This document shows positions 41,001 to 54,515 of a stretch of DNA of 64,000 nucleotides, piece after piece. The translations under genes and the position numbers were made by a program. Where the stretch lies: assembly GCA_043228905.1 (NCBI GenBank), contig JBHGNT010000016.1, forward strand, positions 248,001 to 312,000, written 5' to 3'. The notes under the pieces were generated by a model, which saw only the letters and a program-made list of their open reading frames with translations, did not search any database and was not told the origin of the DNA. The DNA comes from Azolla caroliniana. Taxonomy: Eukaryota > Plantae > Polypodiophyta. How positions within the stretch are numbered: the first letter of the stretch is position 1; each line of letters opens with the position of its first letter.

Positions 41001-44000
41001 CTACTAGCTCTTGTCAACTCCCTCCTCAAATTTGCTAATTTCTACATGTCTCTCGACCTGAGTTTCAAAATCTTGATCTTTCAATTCCATATCAGACCTA
41101 GCGTTGTTAGCTTCGATTCACATGTTTGAACACAAAAATCCGATATCACACGAGCCTGGTATGAACATTTTAATTTACCTACTAGCTCTTGTCAACTCCC
41201 TCCTCAAATTTGCTAATTTCTTCATGTCTCTCGACCTGAGTTTCAAAATCTTGATTTTTCAATTCCATATGAGAGCTAGCATTGTTAGCTTCGATTCGCA
41301 TGTTTGAACAAAAAAATCCGATATCATACGAGCCACGTATGAACATTTTAATTTACCTACTAGCTCTTGTCAACTACCTCCTCAAATTTGCTAATTTCTT
41401 CATGTCTCTCGACCTGAGTTTCAAAATCTTGATTTTTCAATTCCATATCAGAGCTACCGTTGTTAGCTTCGATTCGCATGTTTAAACACAAAAAGCTGAT
41501 ATCACACGAGCCATATATAAACATTTTAATTTACCTACTAGCGCTTCTCAACTCCCTCCTCAAATTTGCTAATTTCTTCATGTCTCTCGACCTGAGTTTC
41601 AAAATCTTGATTTTTGAATTCCATATCAGAGCTAGCGTTGTTAGCTTCGATTCGCATGTTTGAACACAAAAATACGATATAATCTTGATTTTTTAAATCC
41701 ATATCAGAGCCAGCGTTGTTAGCTTCGATTCGCATGTTTGAACACAAAAATCCGATATCACATTTTAATTTACTAACGCGCTCTTCTCCACTACCTCCTA
41801 AAATTTGCTAATTTTTCATGTTTCTCGACTTGAGTTTCAAAATCTTGATTTTTCAATTCTATATTAGAGCTAGCGTTGTTACCTTCGATTCGCATGTTTG
41901 AACACAGAAAGCCGATATAACACGAGCCACGTATGAACATTTTAATTTACTAACACGCTCTTCTCCACTACCTCCTCAAATTTGCAAATTTCTTCATGTC
42001 TCTCGACCTGAGTTTCAAAATCTTGATTTTTTAATTCCATATCAGAGCTAGCGTTGTTAGCTTCGATTCGCATGTTTGAACACAAATATACGATATCACA
42101 CAAGCCACGCATGAACATTTTAATTTACCTACTAGCTCTTGTCAACTCCCTCCTCAAATTTGCTAATTTCTACATGTCTCTCGACCTGAGTTTCAAAATC
42201 TTGATCTTTCAATTCCATATCAGACCTAGCGTTGTTAGCTTCGATTCACATGTTTGAACACAAAAATCCGATATCACACGAGCCTGGTATGAACATTTTA
42301 ATTTACCTACTAGCTCTTGTCAACTCCCTCCTCAAATTTGCTAATTTCTTCATGTCTCTCGACCTGAGTTTCAAAATCTTGATTTTTCAATTCCATATGA
42401 GAGCTAGCATTGTTAGCTTCGATTCGCATGTTTGAACAAAAAAATCCGATATCATACGAGCCACGTATGAACATTTTAATTTACCTACTAGCTCTTGTCA
42501 ACTACCTCCTCAAATTTGCTAATTTCTTCATGTCTCTCGACCTGAGTTTCAAAATCTTGATTTTTCAATTCCATATCAGAGCTACCGTTGTTAGCTTCGA
42601 TTCGCATGTTTAAACACAAAAAGCTGATATCACACGAGCCATATATAAACATTTTAATTTACCTACTAGCGCTTCTCAACTCCCTCCTCAAATTTGCTAA
42701 TTTCTTCATGTCTCTCGACCTGAGTTTCAAAATCTTGATTTTTGAATTCCATATCAGAGCTAGCGTTGTTAGCTTCGATTCGCATGTTTGAACACAAAAA
42801 TACGATATAATCTTGATTTTTTAAATCCATATCAGAGCCAGCGTTGTTAGCTTCGATTCGCATGTTTGAACACAAAAATCCGATATCACATTTTAATTTA
42901 CTAACGCGCTCTTCTCCACTACCTCCTAAAATTTGCTAATTTTTCATGTTTCTCGACTTGAGTTTCAAAATCTTGATTTTTCAATTCTATATTAGAGCTA
43001 GCGTTGTTACCTTCGATTCGCATGTTTGAACACAGAAATCCGATATAACACGAGCCACGTATGAACATTTTAATTTACTAACACGCTCTTCTCCACTACC
43101 TCCTCAAATTTGCAAATTTCTTCATGTCTCTCGACCTGAGTTTCAAAATCTTGATTTTTTAATTCCATATCAGAGCTAGCGTTGTTAGCTTCGATTCGCA
43201 TGTTTGAACACAAATATACGATATCACACAAGCCACGCATGAACATTTTAATTTACCTACTAGCGGTTGTCAACTCCCTCCTCAAATTTGCTAATTTCTT
43301 CATATCTCTCGACCTGAGTTTCAAAATCTTGATTTTTTAATTCCATAACAGAGCTAGCGTTGTTAGCTTCGATTCACATGTTTGAACACAAAAATCCGAT
43401 ATCACACGAGCCACGTATGAACATTTTAATTTACCTACTAGCTCTTGTCAACTCCCTCCTCAAATTTGCTAATTTCTTCATATCTCTCGACCTGAGTTTC
43501 AAAATCTTGATTTTTTAATTCCATAACAGAGCTAGCGTTGTTAGCTTCGATTCACATGTTTGAACACAAAAATACGATATCACACAAGCCACGCATGAAC
43601 ATTTTAATTTACCTACTAGCGCTTGTCAACTCCCTCCTCAAATTTGCTAATTTCTTCATATCTCTCGACCTGAGTTTCAAAATCTTGATTTTTTAATTCC
43701 ATAACAGAGCTAGCGCTGTTAGCTTTGATTCACATGTTTGAACACAAAAATCGGATATCACACGAGCCACGGATGAACATTTTAATTTACCTACTAGCGC
43801 TTGTCAACTCCCTCCTCAAATTTGCTAATTATTTCATGTCTCTCGACCTGAGTTTCAAAAGCTTGATTTTTGAATTCCATATCAGAGCTAGCGTTGTTAG
43901 CTTCGATTCACATGTTTGAACACAAAAATCTGAGATCACACGAGCCTGGTATGAACATTTTAATTTACCTACTAGCTCTTGTCAACTCCCTCCTCAAATT

Positions 44001-47000
44001 TACTAATTTTTTCATGTGTGTCGACCTGAGTTTCAAAATCTTGATTTTTTAATTCCATATCACAGCTAGCGTTGTTAGCTTCGATTCCCATGTTTGAACA
44101 CAGAAATCAGATATCACACGAGCCTGGTATGAACATTTTAATTTACTAACGCGCTCTTCTCCACTACCTCCTCAAATTTGCTAATTTCTTCATGTCTCTA
44201 GACCTGAGTTTCAAAATCTTGATTTTTCAACTCCATATTCGAGCTAGCATTGTTAGCTTCGATTCGCATGTTTAAACACAAAAATCCGATATCACACGAG
44301 CTACGTATGAACATTTTAATTTACCTACTAGCGCTTGTCAACTCCCTCCTCAAATTTGCTAATTTCTTCATGTCTCTCGACCTGAGTTTCAAAATCTTGA
44401 TTTTTTAATACCATATCAGAGCTAGCGTTGTTAGCTTCGATTCGCATGTTTGAACACAAAAATCCGATATCACACGAACCACGTATGAACATTTTAATTT
44501 ACCTACTAGCGCTTGTTAACTCCCTCCTCAAATTTGCTAATTTCTTCATGTCTCTCGACCTGAGTTTCAAAATCTGGATTTTCCAATTCCATATCAGAGC
44601 TAGCGTTGTTAGCTTCGATTCGCAATTTTGAACACAAAAATCCGATATCACACGAACCACGTATGAACATTTTAATTTACCTACTAGCGCTTGTTAACTC
44701 CCTCCTCAAATTTGCTAATTTCTTCATGTCTCTCGACCTGAGTTTCAAAATCTTGATTTTTCAATTCCATATCAGAGCTAGCTTCGATTCGCGTGTTTGA
44801 ACACAAAAATACGATATCACACGAGCTACGTATGAACATTTTAATTTACCTACTAGCTCTTGTCAACTCCCACCTCAAATTTGCTAATTTCTTCATGTCT
44901 CTCGACTTGAGTTTCAAAATCTTGATTTTTCAATTCCATATCAGAGCTAGCGTTGTTAGCTTCGATTCGCAAGTTTGAACACAAAAATCCGATATCACAC
45001 GAGCGTGGTATGAACATTTTAATTTACTAACGCGCTCTTCTCCACTACCTCCTCAAATTTGCTAATTTCTTCATGTCTCTCGACCTGAGTTTCAAAATCT
45101 TGATTTTTCAATTCCATATCAGAGCTACCGTTGTTAGCTTCGATTCGCATGTTTGAACACAAAAATCCGATATCACACGAGCCACGTATAAACATTTTAA
45201 TTTACCTACTAGCTCTTGTCAACTCCCTCCTCAAATTTGCTAATTTCTACATGTCTCTCGACCTGAGTTTCAAAATCTTGATCTTTCAATTCCATATCAG
45301 AGCTAGCGTTGTTAGCTTCGATTCACATGTTTGAACACAAAAATCCGATATCACACGAGCCTGGTATGAACATTTTAATTTACCTACTAGCTCTTGTCAA
45401 CTCCCTCCTAAAATTTGCTAATTTCTTCATGTCTCTCGACCTGAGTTTCAAAATCTTGATTTTTCAATTCCATATTAGAGCTAGCGCTGTTAGCTTCGAT
45501 TCGCATGTTTGAACACAAAAAGCCGATATCACACGAGCCACGTATGAACATTTTAATTTACCTACTAGCGCTTGTAACCTCCCTCATGAAATTTGCTAAT
45601 TTCTTCATGTCTCTCGACCTGAGCTACAAAATCTTGATTTTTTAAATCCGTAACATAGCTAGCGCTGTTAGCTTCGATTCACATGTTTGAACACAAAAAT
45701 CCGATATCACACGAGCCACGGATGAACATTTTAATTTACCTACTAGCGCTTGTCAACTCCCTCCTCAAATTTGCTAATTTCGTCATGTCTCTCGACCTGA
45801 GTTTCAAAATCTTGATTTTTGAATTCCATATCAGAGCTAGCGTTGTTAGCTTCGATTCGCATGTTTGAACACAAAAATACGATATAATCTTGATTTTTTA
45901 AATCCATATCAGAGCCAGCGTTGTTAGCTTCGATTCGCATGTTTGAACACAAAAATCCGATATCACACGAGCCAGGAATGAACATTTTAATTTACTAACG
46001 CGCTCTTCTCCACTACCTCCTAAAATTTGCTAATTTTTCATGTTTCTCGACTTGAGTTTCAAAATCTTGATTTTTCAATTCTATATCAGAGCTAGCGTTG
46101 TTACCTTCGATTCGCATGTTTGAACACAGAAATCCGATATAACACGAGCCACGTATGAACATTTTAATTTACTAACACGCTCTTCTCCACTACCTCCTCA
46201 AATTTGCTAATTTCTTCATGTCTCTCGACCTGAGTTTCAAAATCTTGATTTTTTAATTCCATATCAGAGCTAGCGTTGTTAGCTTCGATTCGCATGTTTG
46301 AACACAAAAATACGATATCACACAAGCCACGCATGAACATTTTAATTTACCTACTAGCGCTTGTCAACTCCCTCCTCAAATTTGCTAATTTCTTCATATC
46401 TCTCGACCTGAGTTTCAAAATCTTGATTTTTTAATTCCATAACAGAGCTAGCGTTGTTAGCTTCGATTCACATGTTTGAACACAAAAATACGATATCACA
46501 CAAGCCACGCATGAACATTTTAATTTACCTACTAGCGCTTGTCAACTCCCTCCTCAAATTTGCTAATTTCTTCATATCTCTCGACCTGAGTTTCAAAATC
46601 TTGATTTTTTAATTCCATAACAGAGCTAGCGCTGTTAGCTTCGATTCACATGTTTGAACACAAAAATCGGATATCACACGAGCCACGGATGAACATTTTA
46701 ATTTACCTACTAGCGCTTGTCAACTCCCTCCTCAAATTTGCTAATTTCTTCATGTCTCTCGACCTGAGTTTCAAAATCTTCATTTTTTATTTCCATATCA
46801 AAGCTAGCGTTGCTAGCTTCTATTCACATGTTTGAACACAAAAATCCGATATCACACGAACCACGTATGAACATTTTAATTTACCTACTAGCGCTTGTTA
46901 ACTCCCTCCTCCAATTTGCTAATTTCTTCATGTCTCTCGACCTGAGTTTCACAATCTGGATTTTTCAATTCCATAACAGAGCTAGCGTTGTTAGCTTCGA

Positions 47001-50000
47001 TTCGCATGTTTGAACACAGAAATCAGATATCGGACGAGCCTGGTATGAACATTTTAATTTACTAACGCGCTCTTCTCCACTACCTCCTCAAATTTGCTAA
47101 TTTCTTCATGTCTCTCGACCTGAGTTTCAAAATCTTGATTTTTCAATTCGATATCAGAGCTAGCGTTGTTAGCTTTGATTCTTATGTTTGAACACAAAAA
47201 TCCGATATCACACGAGCCAGGTATGAACATTTTAATTTACCTACTAGCGCTTGTCAACTCCCTCCTCAAATTTCTTAATTTCTTCATGTCTCTCGACCTG
47301 AGTTTCAAAATCTTGATTTTTTAATTCCATAACAGAGCTAGCGCTGTTAGCTTCGATTCACATGTTTGAACACAAAAATCCGATATCACACGAACCACGT
47401 ATGAACATTTTAATTTACCTACTAGCGCTTATCAACTCCCTCCTCAAATTTGCTAATTTCTTCATGTCTCTCGACCTGAGTTTCAAAATCTTGATTTTTC
47501 AATTCCATATCAGAGCTAGCGCTGTTAGCTTCGATTCGCATGTTTGAACACAAAAAGCCGATATCACACGAGCCACGTATGAACATTTTAATTTACCTAC
47601 TAGCGCTTGTAACCTCCCTCATGAAATTTGCTAATTTCTTCATGTCTCTCGACCTGAGCTACAAAATCTTGATTTTTTAAATCCGTAACATAGCTAGCGC
47701 TGTTAGCTTCGATTCACATGTTTGAACACAATAATCCGATATCACACGAGCCACGGATGAACATTTTAATTTACCTACTAGCGCTTGTCAACTCCCTCCT
47801 CAAATTTGCTAATTTCTTCATGTCTCTCGACCTGAGTTTCAAAATCTTGATTTTTTAATACCATATCAGAGCTAGCGTTGTTAGCTTCGATTCACATGTT
47901 TAAACACAAAAATCTGATATCACACGAGCCTGGTATGAACATTTTAATTTACCTACTAGCTCTTGTCAACTCCCTCCTCAAATTTACTAATTTTTTCATG
48001 TGTGTCGACCTGAGTTTCAAAATCTTGATTTTTTAATTCCATATCACAGCTAGCGTTGGTAGCTTCGATTCCCATGTTTGAACACAGAAATCAGATATCA
48101 CACGAGCTTGGTATGAACATTTTAATTTACTAACGTGATCTTCTCCACTACCTCCTCAAATTTGCTAATTTCTTCATGTCTCTCGACCTGAGTTTCAAAA
48201 TCTTGATTTTTCAATTCCATATCAGAGCTAGCGTTGTTAGCTTTGATTCTTATGTTTGAACACAAAAATCCGATATCACACGAGCCAGGTATGAACATTT
48301 TAATTTACCTACTAGCTCTTGTCAACTCCCTCCTCAAATTTCTTAATTTCTTCATGTCTCTCGACCTGAGTTTCAAAATCTTGATTTTTTAATTCCATAA
48401 CAGAGCTAGCGCTGTTAGCTTCGATTCACATGTTTGAACACAAAAATCCGATATCACACGAACCACGTATGAACATTTTAATTTACCTACTAGCTCTTGT
48501 CAACTCCCACCTCAAATTTGCTAATTTCTTCATGTCTCTCGACTTGAGTTTCAAAATCTTGATTTTTCAATTCCATATCAGAGCTAGCGTTGTTATCTTC
48601 GATTCGCAAGTTTGAACACAAAAATCCGATATCACACGAGCGTGGTATGAACATTTTAATTTACTAACGCGCTCTTCTCCACTACCTCCTCAAATTTGCT
48701 AATTTCTTCATGTCTCTCGACCTGAGTTTCAAAATCTTGATTTTTTAATACCATATCAGAGCTAGCGTTGTTAGCTTCGATTCACATGTTTAAACACAAA
48801 AATCTGATATCACACGAGCCTGGTATGAACATTTTAATTTACCTACTAGCTCTTGTCAACTCCCTCCTCAAATTTACTAATTTTTTCATGTGTGTCGACC
48901 TGAGTTTCAAAATCTTGATTTTTTAATTCCATATCACAGCTAGCGTTGGTAGCTTCGATTCCCATGTTTGAACACAGAAATCAGATATCACACGAGCTTG
49001 GTATGAACATTTTAATTTACTAACGTGATCTTCTCCACTACCTCCTCAAATTTGCTAATTTCTTCATGTCTCTCGACCTGAGTTTCAAAATCTTGATTTT
49101 TCAATTCCATATCAGAGCTAGCGTTGTTAGCTTTGATTCTTATGTTTGAACACAAAAATCCGATATCACACGAGCCAGGTATGAACATTTTAATTTACCT
49201 ACTAGCTCTTGTCAACTCCCTCCTCAAATTTCTTAATTTCTTCATGTCTCTCGACCTGAGTTTCAAAATCTTGATTTTTTAATTCCATAACAGAGCTAGC
49301 GCTGTTAGCTTCGATTCACATGTTTGAACACAAAAATCCGATATCACACGAACCACGTATGAACATTTTAATTTACCTACTAGCTCTTGTCAACTCCCAC
49401 CTCAAATTTGCTAATTTCTTCATGTCTCTCGACTTGAGTTTCAAAATCTTGATTTTTCAATTCCATATCAGAGCTAGCGTTGTTATCTTCGATTCGCAAG
49501 TTTGAACACAAAAATCCGATATCACACGAGCGTGGTATGAACATTTTAATTTACTAACGCGCTCTTCTCCACTACCTCCTCAAATTTGCTAATTTCTTCA
49601 TGTCTCTCGACCTGAGTTTCAAAATCTTGATTTTTCAATTCCATATCAGAGCTACCGTTGTTAGCTTCGATTCGCATGTTTGAACACAAAAATCCGATAT
49701 CACACGAGCCACGTATAAACATTTTAATTTACCTACTAGCGCTTGTAACCTCCCTCATGAAATTTGCTAATTTCTTCATGTCTCTCGACCTGAGCTACAA
49801 AATCTTGATTTTTTAATTCCGTAACATAGCTAGCGCTGTTAGCTTCGATTCACATGTTTGAACACAAAAATCCGATATCACACGAGCCACGGATGAACAT
49901 TTTAATTTACCTACTAGCGCTTGTCAACTCCCTCCTCAAATTTGCTAATTTCTTCATGTCTCTCGACCTGAGTTTCAAAATCTTGATTTTTTAATACCAT

Positions 50001-53000
50001 ATCAGAGCTAGCGTTGTTGGCTTCGATTCACATGCTTGAACACAAAAATCTGATATCACACGAGCCTGGTATGAACATTTTAATTTACCTCCTAGCTCTT
50101 GTCAACTCCCTCCTCAAATTTACTAATTTTTTCATGTGTGTCGACCTGAGTTTTAAAATCTTGATTTTTTAATTCCATATCACAGCTAGCGTTGTTAGCT
50201 TCGATTCCCATGTTTGAACACAAAAATGAGATATCACACGAGCCTGGTATGAACATTTTAATTTACTAACGCGCTCTTCTCCTGAAATTTCTTAATTTCT
50301 TCATATCTCTCGACCTGAGTTTCAAAATCTTGATTTTTTAATTCCATAATAGAGCTAGCGCTGTTAGCTTCTATTCACATGTTTGAACACAAAAATCCGA
50401 TATCACACGAACCACGTATGAACATTTTAATTTACCTACTAGCGCTTATCAACTCCCTCCTCAAATTTGCTAATTTCTTCATGTCTCTCGACCTGAGTTT
50501 CAAAATCTTGATTTTTCAATTCCATATCAGAGCTAGCGTTGTTAGCTTTGATTCTTATGTTTGAACACAAAAATCCGATATCACACGAGCCAGGTATGAA
50601 CATTTTAATTTACCTACTAGCTCTTGTCAACTCCCTCCTCAAATTTCTTAATTTTTTCATGTCTCTCGACCTGAGTTTCAAAATCTTGATTTTTTAATTC
50701 CATAACAGAGCTAGCGCTGTAAGCTTCGATTCACATGTTTGAACACAAAAATCCGATATCACACGAACCACGTATGAATATTTTAATTTACCTACTAGCG
50801 CTTGTCAACTCCCTCCTCAAATTTGCTAATTTCTTCATGTCTCTCGACCTGAGTTTCAAAATCATGATTTTTTAATACCATATCAGAGCTAGCGTTGTTA
50901 GATTCGATTCACATATTTGAACACAAAAATCTGATATCACACGAGCCTGGTATGAACACTTTAATTTACCTACTAGCTCTTGTCAACTCCCTCCTCAAAT
51001 TTACTAATTTTTTCATGTGTGTCGACCTGAGTTTTAAAATCTTGATTTCTTAATTCCATATCACAGCTAGCGTTGTTAGCTTCGATTCCCATGTTTGAAC
51101 ACAGAAATCAGATATCACACGAGCCTGGTATGAACATTTTAATTTACTAACGCGCTCTGCTCCACTACCTCCTCAAATTTGCTAATTTCTTCATGTCTCA
51201 CGACCTGAGTTTCAAAATCTTGATTTTTTAAATCCATATCTGAGCTAGCGTTGTTAGCTTCGATTCGCATGTTTGAACACAAAAATCCGATATCACACGA
51301 GCCATGTATGAACATTTTAATTTACCTACTAGCTCTTGTCAACTCCCTCCTCAATATTTCTAATTTCTTCATGTCTCTCGACCTGAGTTTCAAAATCTTG
51401 ATTTTTTAATTCCATATTAGAGCTAGCGTTTTTAGCTTCGATTCGCATCTTCGAACATAGAAATCCGATATCACACGAGCCGGGTATGAACATTTTAATT
51501 TACCTACTAGCGCTTGTCAACTCCCTCCTCAAATTTGCTAATTTATTCATGTCTCTCGACCTAAGTTTGAAAATCTAGATTTTTCAATTCCATATCAGAG
51601 CTAGCGTTGTTAGCTTTGATTCTTATGTTTGAACACAGAAATCCGATATCACACGAGCCAGGTATGAACATTTTAATTTACCTACTAGCTCTGGTCAACT
51701 CCCTCCTCAAATTTGTTAATTTCTTCATGTCTCTGGACCTGAGTTTCAAAATCTTGATTTTTGAATTCCATATCAGAGCTAGCGTTGTTAGCTTCGATTC
51801 ACATGTTTTAACATAAAAATCCGATATCATACGAGCCAGGTATGAACCTTTTAATTTACCTACTAACGCTTGTTAACTCCCTCCTCAAATTTGCTAATTT
51901 CTTCATGTCTCTCGACCTGAGTTTTAAAATCTTGATTTTTGAATTCCATATCAGAGCTAGCGTTGTTAGCTTCGATTCACATGTTTGAACATAAAAATTC
52001 GATATCATACGAGCCAGGTATGAACCTTTTAATTTACCTACTAGCGCTTGTCAACTCCCTCCTCAAATTTGCTAATTTCTTCATGTCCCTCGACCATAAC
52101 ATAGCAAGCGCTGTTAGCTTCGATTCACATGTTTGAACACAAAAATCCGATATCACACGAGCCACGGATGAACATTTTAATTTACCTACTAGCGCTTGTC
52201 AACTCCCTCCTCAAATTTGCTAATTTCTTCATGTCTCTCGACCTGAGTTTCAAAAACTGGATTTTTCAATTCCATAACAGAGCTAGCACTGTTAGCTTCG
52301 ATTCGCATGTTTGAACATAAAAATCCGATATCACACGAGCCACGGATGAAGATTTTAATTTACCTACTAGCTCTTGTCAACTCCCACCTGAAATTTGCTA
52401 ATTTCTTCACGTCTCTCGACCTGACTTTCAAAATCTTGATTAAGAAATTCCATATCAAAGCTAGCATTGTTAGCTTCGATTCGCATGTTTGAACACAAAA
52501 ATCCGATATCACACGAGCCATGTATGAACATTTTAATTTACCTACTAGCGCTTGTCAACTCCCTCCTCAAATTTGCTAATTTCTTCATATCTCTCGACCT
52601 AAGTTTCAAAATCTTGATTTTTTAATTCCATAACAGAGCTAGCGCTGTTAGCTTCGATTCACATGTTTGAACACAAAAATCCGATATCACACGAACCACG
52701 TATGAACATTTTCATTTACCTACTAGCGCTTATCAACTCCCTCCTCAAATTTGCTAATTTCTTCATGTCTCTCGACCTGAGTTTCAAAATCTTGATTTTT
52801 CAGTTCCATATTAGAGCTAGTGTTGTTAGCTTCGATTCGCATGTTTGAACACAAAAATCCGATATCACACGAGCCACGTATGAACATTTTAATTTACCTA
52901 CTAGCGCTTGTAACCTCCCTCATGAAATTTGCTAATTTCTTCATGTCTCTCGACCTGAGCTACAAAATCTTGATTTTTTAATTCCGTAACATAGCTAGCG

Positions 53001-53981
53001 CTGTTAGCTTCGATTCACATGTTTGAACACAAAAATCCGATATAACACGAGCCACGGATGAACATTTTAATTTACCTACTAGCGCTTGTCAACTCCCTCC
53101 TCAAATTTGCTAATTTCTTCATGTCTCTCGACCTGAGTTTCAAAATCTTGATTTTTTAATACCATATCAGAGCTAGCGTTGTTGGCTTCGATTCACATGT
53201 TTGAACACAAAAATCTGATATCACACGAGCCTGGTATGAACATTTTAATTTACCTCCTAGCTCTTGTCAACTCCCTCCTCAAATTTACTAATTTTTTCAT
53301 GTGTGTCGACCTGAGTTTTAAAATCTTGATTTTTTAATTCCATATCACAGCTAGCGTTGTTAGCTTCGATTCCCATGTTTGAACACAAAAATCAGATATC
53401 ACACGAGCCTGGTATGAACATTTTAATTTACTAACGCGCTCTTCTCCTGAAATTTCTTAATTTCTTCATATCTCTCGACCTGAGTTTCAAAATCTTGATT
53501 TTTTAATTCCATAATAGAGCTAGCGCTGTTAGCTTCGATTCACATGTTTGAACACAAAAATCCGATATCACACGAACCACGTATGAACATTTTAATTTAC
53601 CTACTAGCGCTTATCAACTCCCTCCTCAAATTTGCTAATTTCTTCATGTCTCTCGACCTGAGTTTCAAAATCTTGATTTTTCAATTCCATATCAGAGCTA
53701 GCGTTGTTAGCTTTGATTCTTATGTTTGAACACAAAAATCCGATATCACACGAGCCAGGTATGAACATTTTAATTTACCTACTAGCTCTTGTGAACTCCC
53801 TCCTCAAATTTCTTAATTTTTTCATGTCTCTCGACCTGAGTTTCTAAATCTTGATTTTTTAATTCCATAACAGAGCTAGCGCTGTTAGCTTCGATTCACA
53901 TGTTTGAACACAAAAATCCGATATCACACGAACCACGTATGAACATTTTAATTTACCTACTAGCGCTTGTCAACTCCCTCC
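11009..53981 (+). repeat. 178-bp tandem satellite, segment 2 (about 240 monomers), centromere-like
   Basis: The 178 period is seen in repeated ORF starts (40926/41104/41282/41460; 52129/52307). One orientation throughout, with variant classes and block duplications. Confidence 0.98.
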
Positions 53982-54114
53982 TGTCAGGAACTCTATTAAG
54001 GCAGAGAAGGAATTAGTACTAAAAGAAGGATTAGTACTATTGTTGGGGAATAGTACTAAGACAGAGAAGGATTAGTACTATGAGAGGTGTCGAACTTTGA
54101 GAGAAGGAATGAGT

Positions 54115-54117
<3 letters not shown>

Positions 54118-54154
<37 letters not shown>
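54118..54154 (+). repeat. (GA)n microsatellite in the LTR R/U5 region (second copy about 59419-59449)
   Basis: Read directly. It is three GA units longer in this LTR. Confidence 0.9.
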
Positions 54155-54158
<4 letters not shown>

Positions 54159-54384
54159 TGGTGCGAAAGATATATGTATTATATGACGGAAGATATACAA
54201 CAGTAGTTAGAAGGCTTAAGACTGGCGTTGAACCGATTTGGTTCGAACTAATGCCTTGCGCCTCCTTTTATAGTGTCTTCAGGAATACTCCTGAAGTTTC
54301 TAGAATGTTCCAGAGAAATCTGGAATATACATCAATTTCCTAATAAAACCTAAATGAAAATAATATCCTTCAAATTACAACTCA

Positions 54385-54438
54385 TAACCTAATGGTAAAG
54401 TCTCGACCCGTGTAACAAAAGGTTATGGGTTCGAGTCT
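54385..54438 (+). promoter_or_regulatory. tRNA-derived A box / B box cassette at the U3 start of the 3' LTR, antisense to the element
   Basis: TAACCTAATGG, 32 nt, GGTTCGAGTCT, with AGGTT at the variable-loop position. Confidence 0.55.
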
Positions 54439-54448
54439 AGTTATGACA

Positions 54449-54461
54449 CTATCCCCCCTTT
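54449..54461 (-). other. Polypurine tract
   Basis: The minus strand reads AAAGGGGGGATAG immediately before the TG of the 3' LTR. Confidence 0.9.
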
Positions 54462-54515
54462 AAACCGACGAGTTTCACGAGTCGTTTTGGATTGAGGACT
54501 CGGTTTCTCGGGATA

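Larger units (their letters stand above)
53982..54448 (-). repeat. 3' LTR (467 bp)
   Basis: Direct repeat of 59283-59743. By eye it differs by 2 substitutions and 6 bp of (GA)n length. Confidence 0.97.

Noticed and set aside
7504-53981. A shared target site for the three insertions
   Set aside because: They interrupt different monomer positions (TGAAC, ACGG, CCTCC) with no common motif.
54113-54343. ORF MSERERER... (and its copy at 59414-59638)
   Set aside because: It is an antisense frame through the (GA)n tract and promoter of the LTR.
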